Shown piece by piece: positions 59,795 through 64,000 of a stretch of 64,000 nucleotides of DNA. The stretch covers positions 8,826-72,825 of the forward strand of contig JBAXBV010000016.1 of NCBI GenBank assembly GCA_037141795.1. The letters run 5' to 3'. The notes beneath the pieces were generated by a model that did no database searches, was not told where the DNA came from, and worked only from the letters and a program-made list of their open reading frames with translations. Position 1 is the stretch's first letter. Every line of letters starts with the position of its first letter. This DNA comes from Betaproteobacteria bacterium (GTDB lineage: Bacteria > Pseudomonadota > Gammaproteobacteria > Burkholderiales > Ga0077523). The translations under genes were made by a program, and so were the position numbers.

Positions 59795-61604
59795 AACGAA
59801 TGTGCTGGTCTACATCCTCATCTACCTGGCCGCCATGGTGCTGGTGGTGCCGCTGGCCAAGCGCCTGGGCCTGGGCGTGGTGCTGGGCTACCTGCTGGCG
59901 GGCGTGGCCATCGGCCCCTACGGCTTGCGGCTGACCGGCGAGAGCCAGAGCATTGCGCTGCTGGCCGAACTGGGCGTGGTGCTCATGCTGTTCACCATCG
60001 GGCTGGAGCTTGACCTGAAAAAGCTCTGGGCCATGCGCACACGGGTGTTCGGCCTGGGCCTGCTGCAGATGCTGCTGTGCGGCCTGGTGCTGGGGGTGGG
60101 GGTGCATGGCCTGGGCCTGCTGCCGGCGGCAGCCTTCATCATCGGCCTGACGCTGGCCTTGTCCTCCACTGCGGTGTCGGTGCAGCTCATGAACGACCGC
60201 AACCTCATGGGCACCCCCACCGGCCAATCGGCCTTTGGCATTCTGCTGTTTCAGGACATGGCGGCCATTCCCATCCTGATCGCCACCAGCGTGCTCTACC
60301 CGAGTACCGGGGCGCCACAGTTCAAGCCGCTTCTGGCGCTGGCGGCGCTCGTGGCGCTGGTGCTGGCCGGGCGTTTCCTCATCGGCCACGCCTTGCGCTG
60401 GATCGCCACCCACGGTTCCCGCGAACTGTTCGTGGGGGCCGCCTTGCTGCTGGTGATCGCGGTCATGGAATTGATGAGCCTGGCGGGCGTGTCGGCCGGG
60501 CTGGGGGCCTTTGTTGCCGGGGTGATGCTGGCCAGTTCCGAGTACCGCCATGAGCTGGAGGCCGACCTCGAGCCATTCAAGGGCCTGTTTCTGGGCCTGT
60601 TCTTCATCACCATCGGCGCAGGCATCAACCTGGGCTTGCTCGGCCAGCATTGGGCTGCCATTGCCGGCCTGCTGGTGGCATTCGTGGCGATCAAGTGCGT
60701 GGCGCTGTACCTGCAGGCCTGGGGCCTGCGCGTGCCGCACCGTGAGCGCCTGGCCTTTGCCACCCTGCTGGGCCAGGGCGGTGAATTCGGCTTCGTGATC
60801 GTGGGTCTGGCAATGGCCGGGGCCATGCTGACGGCGGAGCAGGGTGCCTGGATCAACCTCATCATTGCGCTTTCGATTGCCGTGTCGCCCCTGCTGATGA
60901 GGGCCCTGGATGCGTACGCGGTGCGCTTTCTGGCGGGTTCGGTGAATGCGGGACCGATGGACACCGGGATGGACCACAACCCCGTGATCATCGCCGGCTT
61001 CGGTCGCTACGGGCAGATCGTGGGCCGCCTGATGCTGGCCAGCGACGTGCGCGTGACGGTGCTTGACCACAACTCCGAACACATTGCCAACATGCGTCAG
61101 TTCGGATTCAAGGTCTACTACGGCGATGCCGCACGGCTGGACTTGCTGGAAGTGGCCGGCGCGCACAAGGCCCGGGTACTGGTGGTGGCTGTGGACGACA
61201 AGGACACCATCACCCGCATCGCCGCGCTGGCCCGGAAGCACTTTCCGCATCTGCAGATCGTAGCGCGGGCCGTGGATGTGCCCCATGCCTACGAGCTGAT
61301 TCGCGAGGGCGCGCACGTGGTGCAGCGTGAACTGTTCGAGAGCTCGTTGCTGGCGGGCCGATCAGTGCTGGAGATGCTGGGCTGCGGTGCTTATGAGGCG
61401 CGGGAGATGGCCGAGCGCTTCCGGCATGGCAACCTCGAGCAACTGAAGGCCATGGCCCGCATTTCACAGACCACCGAGCGCAGGGAATTCATCAGCCTGC
61501 TGCGCCGCAACCGCGAAGAACTGGAACACCAGCTGCAGGTGCAGGCCCAGCAGCCCAAGGTGACTCACCCCTGGCAGCAGGCACGGGACCGGGAGGACGA
61601 CTGA
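59784..61604 (+). CDS. Glutathione-regulated K+/H+ antiporter (KefB/KefC family)
   Basis: 606 aa. CPA2 membrane domain (LGYLLAGVAIGPYGL) plus KTN/RCK domain (VIIAGFGRYGQIVGRLL). Confidence 0.9.
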   Translation: MHAETNVLVYILIYLAAMVLVVPLAKRLGLGVVLGYLLAGVAIGPYGLRLTGESQSIALLAELGVVLMLFTIGLELDLKKLWAMRTRVFGLGLLQMLLCGLVLGVGVHGLGLLPAAAFIIGLTLALSSTAVSVQLMNDRNLMGTPTGQSAFGILLFQDMAAIPILIATSVLYPSTGAPQFKPLLALAALVALVLAGRFLIGHALRWIATHGSRELFVGAALLLVIAVMELMSLAGVSAGLGAFVAGVMLASSEYRHELEADLEPFKGLFLGLFFITIGAGINLGLLGQHWAAIAGLLVAFVAIKCVALYLQAWGLRVPHRERLAFATLLGQGGEFGFVIVGLAMAGAMLTAEQGAWINLIIALSIAVSPLLMRALDAYAVRFLAGSVNAGPMDTGMDHNPVIIAGFGRYGQIVGRLMLASDVRVTVLDHNSEHIANMRQFGFKVYYGDAARLDLLEVAGAHKARVLVVAVDDKDTITRIAALARKHFPHLQIVARAVDVPHAYELIREGAHVVQRELFESSLLAGRSVLEMLGCGAYEAREMAERFRHGNLEQLKAMARISQTTERREFISLLRRNREELEHQLQVQAQQPKVTHPWQQARDREDD

Positions 61605-61704
61605 TGTCCGGCAGCCCTGTTCGATCACGAGGCCGCGCGCTCCCGGTTATGATTCGCCGCTTATCCGGGCGGCAGGAGAGCCGTCCGCGAACGTGGGGCC
61701 TCTC

Positions 61705-63363
61705 ATGCACGATCTCGTCATTCGCGGCGCCCAGGTGCTCGACGGCACCGGCGGCCCGCCGGTCATGGCCGACGTCGCCATCGCGCAGGGTCGCATCGCG
61801 GAGATGGGCCGGATCACGTCCAGCGCCCGCGAAACCGTCGACGCCGACGGTCTCGCACTCATGCCCGGCATCGTCGATGTGCACACGCACTACGACGCCC
61901 AGATCACGCGGGACCGCACGCTGTCGCCCTCGCCCTCGCTCGGGGTCACCACGGCCATCATCGGGAACTGCGGCTTCGGGATCGCGCCTTGCCCCGAACC
62001 GCTGCGCAGGACGGTGGTGAAGAATCTCTCGGTCGTCGAGGGCATGGACCTCGACGCGCTGCTCGCCGGCACCCGCTGGGAGTTCGAGAGCTTTCCGCAG
62101 TATCTCGACCAGCTTCGGCGCATCCGGCCCTACGCCAACGTGGGCGTGCTGTTCGGGCATTCCACCGCGCGCACGGCGGTGATGGGCGATGAGGCGTCGA
62201 CCCGCGCAGAGGCCACCCCCGAGGAACTCGCGAGGATGTGCGCGATGCTCCGCGAGGCCATGGCCTGCGGAGCCGCCGGGTTCGCCTCCTCGTTCTCGCC
62301 CAATCACAGCGGGTTCGGCGGCCTGCCCATGCCGTCGACGATCGCGCCGGACCACGAGCTGCGCGTCCTCACCGACGAACTGAAACACGCCGGCCGGGGC
62401 ATCTTCGTCATGGCCACCGGCCCGCGCGGCACGCCGGAGTACATGGAGGAGATCGCTGCGCGCACTGGCCGCCCCGCCTTCATCGTGACCGTTCTCACGA
62501 TGTTCAACGAGGCAGCGCCGGACACCTGCGCCGACTGGTACCGACGCTGCGACGAGGCGCTGGCCCGCGGGCACGAGGTCTACATCCAGACGAGCTGCCA
62601 GCCGCTGTCCTTCGACTTCACGCTGGAGGACCCATACCTCCTGTACTCGCACGACGCCTTCGACCAGGTGAAGGCGGCACCACCTGAAGCCCGGGCTGCC
62701 ATCTATGCGGACCCCGCGTTCCGCCAGCGGTTCCGCCACAACCTCGCGCATCCGGGCGCGGGCCTGCTCTTCTACGGGGACTGGTCGAAGGTGGAACTGT
62801 CCGACGGCACCACCGTCGCGGCGGAGGCCGCACGGCTCGGCCGTGATCCCCTCGACCTGTTCTTCGACACCGGGCTCGCGCAGGGCCTGCAGACCCGGTT
62901 CATCGCCAAGCTCTTCCAGAACAACGACGCCGGCGTGGCCGCGCTGCTCAGGCACCGTGCCGGCATCGTGGCCCTGTCGAACGCCGGTGCGCACCTCATC
63001 TACTTCTGCGACGCCGGATTCGGCCTGCACTTCCTTTCCCACTGGGTGCGGCAAACCGGCGCGTTCACGCTCGCGGACGCCGCGCGGCGGCTTGCAGCCG
63101 AACCGGCCGCGCGCTACCGGATCCCCGGTCGCGGGCGGATCGCCCCCGGTCAGTGGGCGGATGTTCTGCTGTTCGATCCGGCGCGGGTCGGCCTTTCCGG
63201 ACTCGTCCGACGGTCCGATCTGCCGGCTGGCGGCACCCGGATCATCCGCGAGCCCCGGGGCGCGCACGGCGTATGGGTGAACGGTACCCGGGTGTTCGAC
63301 GGCCGGGACTACGTGCCGCTCGACGGCGGCCCGGGGCACATCCTCGACTGCTACGACGCCTGA
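61705..63363 (+). CDS. N-acyl-D-amino-acid deacylase (D-aminoacylase) family amidohydrolase
   Basis: MHDLVIRGAQVLDGTG...GLALMPGIVDVHTHYD...GVTTAIIGNCG. Confidence 0.85.
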   Translation: MHDLVIRGAQVLDGTGGPPVMADVAIAQGRIAEMGRITSSARETVDADGLALMPGIVDVHTHYDAQITRDRTLSPSPSLGVTTAIIGNCGFGIAPCPEPLRRTVVKNLSVVEGMDLDALLAGTRWEFESFPQYLDQLRRIRPYANVGVLFGHSTARTAVMGDEASTRAEATPEELARMCAMLREAMACGAAGFASSFSPNHSGFGGLPMPSTIAPDHELRVLTDELKHAGRGIFVMATGPRGTPEYMEEIAARTGRPAFIVTVLTMFNEAAPDTCADWYRRCDEALARGHEVYIQTSCQPLSFDFTLEDPYLLYSHDAFDQVKAAPPEARAAIYADPAFRQRFRHNLAHPGAGLLFYGDWSKVELSDGTTVAAEAARLGRDPLDLFFDTGLAQGLQTRFIAKLFQNNDAGVAALLRHRAGIVALSNAGAHLIYFCDAGFGLHFLSHWVRQTGAFTLADAARRLAAEPAARYRIPGRGRIAPGQWADVLLFDPARVGLSGLVRRSDLPAGGTRIIREPRGAHGVWVNGTRVFDGRDYVPLDGGPGHILDCYDA

Positions 63364-63640
63364 GCGCCTGCTCACGGGGAGGGCCAGGCCGATCCCGTGG
63401 CGCGGAACGGAGGCGCCGTCGCCGCCATCGACCGAGAACCGGATTGCCCGGACGCGTCAGATCTACCGCACGGGACGAAACGCAACGATGGCGCCGTTCC
63501 CGGTCTTGCCAGGCCCGGAGCTGCGTCTGGAGACCCGATGAGCGAACTCAGCCAGCAGCTCCCCGCGGGCGCCGGGACGTCACGGACCAGCGCTGATCCG
63601 CGCAGATACCGCGCCTGAATCACTGCCGCAGGGGTGCGAA

Positions 63641-63721
63641 CGAACCGGGTCAGGCCTGTATCAATGCATAGAACCCCCGGGGTCACATAGAACCCCCGGG
63701 GTCAGGCCTGTATCAATGCAT
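63641..63721. repeat. Three tandem copies of a ~33-bp unit, with the middle copy internally deleted
   Basis: GAACC-GGGTCA+GGCCTGTATCAATGCATA (63641-63669); GAACCCCCGGGGTCA+CATA (63670-63688); GAACCCCCGGGGTCA+GGCCTGTATCAATGCATA (63689-63721). The GAACCCCCGGGGTC part is itself near-palindromic. Confidence 0.8.
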
Positions 63722-63904
63722 ACACGCCAGTTCTCTTGTGCGGTTTTCGCACGCCTGATCTTGGACAGGCAGCGCTGCCCGAACTGTGGCGCCAGGGAGA
63801 TCAAGATCATCGGGGCCGTCCTCCAGGGAGCGGTCATCGGGAAGATCCTGCCTCACCAGAGCTGCATCCGCGGCCGCTACCCCGCGGGGGATCGGTTCAG
63901 CTGA
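63716..63904 (+). pseudogene. Possible C-terminal remnant of an IS91-family (Y2) transposase
   Basis: Peptide FARLILDRQRCPNCGAREIKIIGAVLQGAVIGKILPH resembles the conserved tail of IS91-type transposases (..CPxCGGxMxIIAxIxxxxVIxKILxHL). There is no upstream transposase body. Confidence 0.3.
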
Positions 63905-64000
63905 TCGCGGAACACGTCCTCCGGCAGCAGCGCGCCGCCAGTGGTCCAGAGTACGTGGACGGCGGCCGGCGGGTACGGGTCGGGGGATGCAGCGAGCAGC

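Noticed and set aside
63877-64000. Possible 3-prime end of a minus-strand gene running off the right edge (…VHVLWTTGGALLPEDVFRDQLNRSPAG-stop).
   Set aside because: GC3 is high, but only about 40 codons are visible and no family is recognisable. It also overlaps the IS91-like remnant ORF. There is not enough evidence to call it.

Overview
This window is 64 kb of a high-GC, densely coding proteobacterial chromosome. PhaM, urt-ure linkage and a PEP-CTERM-like tail suggest a Betaproteobacterium, but that is inference only. I support about 60 protein genes. I found no rRNA, tRNA or CRISPR array, and no recognisable phage-defence, secretion or prophage island.

Gene content, left to right:
- 1-16 kb: a nitrogen-scavenging supercluster. 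It holds an amide/urea-type ABC importer with divergent amiC-amiR, then ureABC fused behind urtABCDE, then an arginase-family ureohydrolase.
- 16-24 kb: housekeeping genes (ybaK, NUDIX, maeB, pip and others).
- 25-29 kb: a PhaM-like gene and a UxaA-dehydratase/SDR/FAH sugar-acid module.
- 29-35 kb: a BacNaV-type voltage-gated channel, alanine dehydrogenase, MipA, and an 8-haem cytochrome-TPR protein.
- 35.5-41 kb: the ligase-associated DNA-damage-response genes (exonuclease, ATP ligase, Lhr-like helicase).
- 41-48 kb: tal, glnB, an HDOD protein, an MFS transporter and a TRAP transporter.
- 48-53 kb: a PSD-like / membrane aminotransferase / Mpo1-like / glycosyltransferase group.
- 54-63 kb: nadE, sfsA, a kef potassium-efflux pair and a D-aminoacylase.
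- Right edge: a short IS91-like remnant with tandem repeats.

No large undescribed system is evident. The most unusual signals are small:
- an orphan sigma54-promoter-to-terminator unit (candidate sRNA of about 230 nt), antisense in the ligase-helicase gap;
- an ANTAR-type twin-hairpin/terminator leader in front of the amide importer;
- a channel with an atypical LEAWAD selectivity filter;
- an apparently split PhaM;
- an uncharacterised lipid-type gene cluster.

Many very long ORFs in the track are antisense artefacts of the high GC content.
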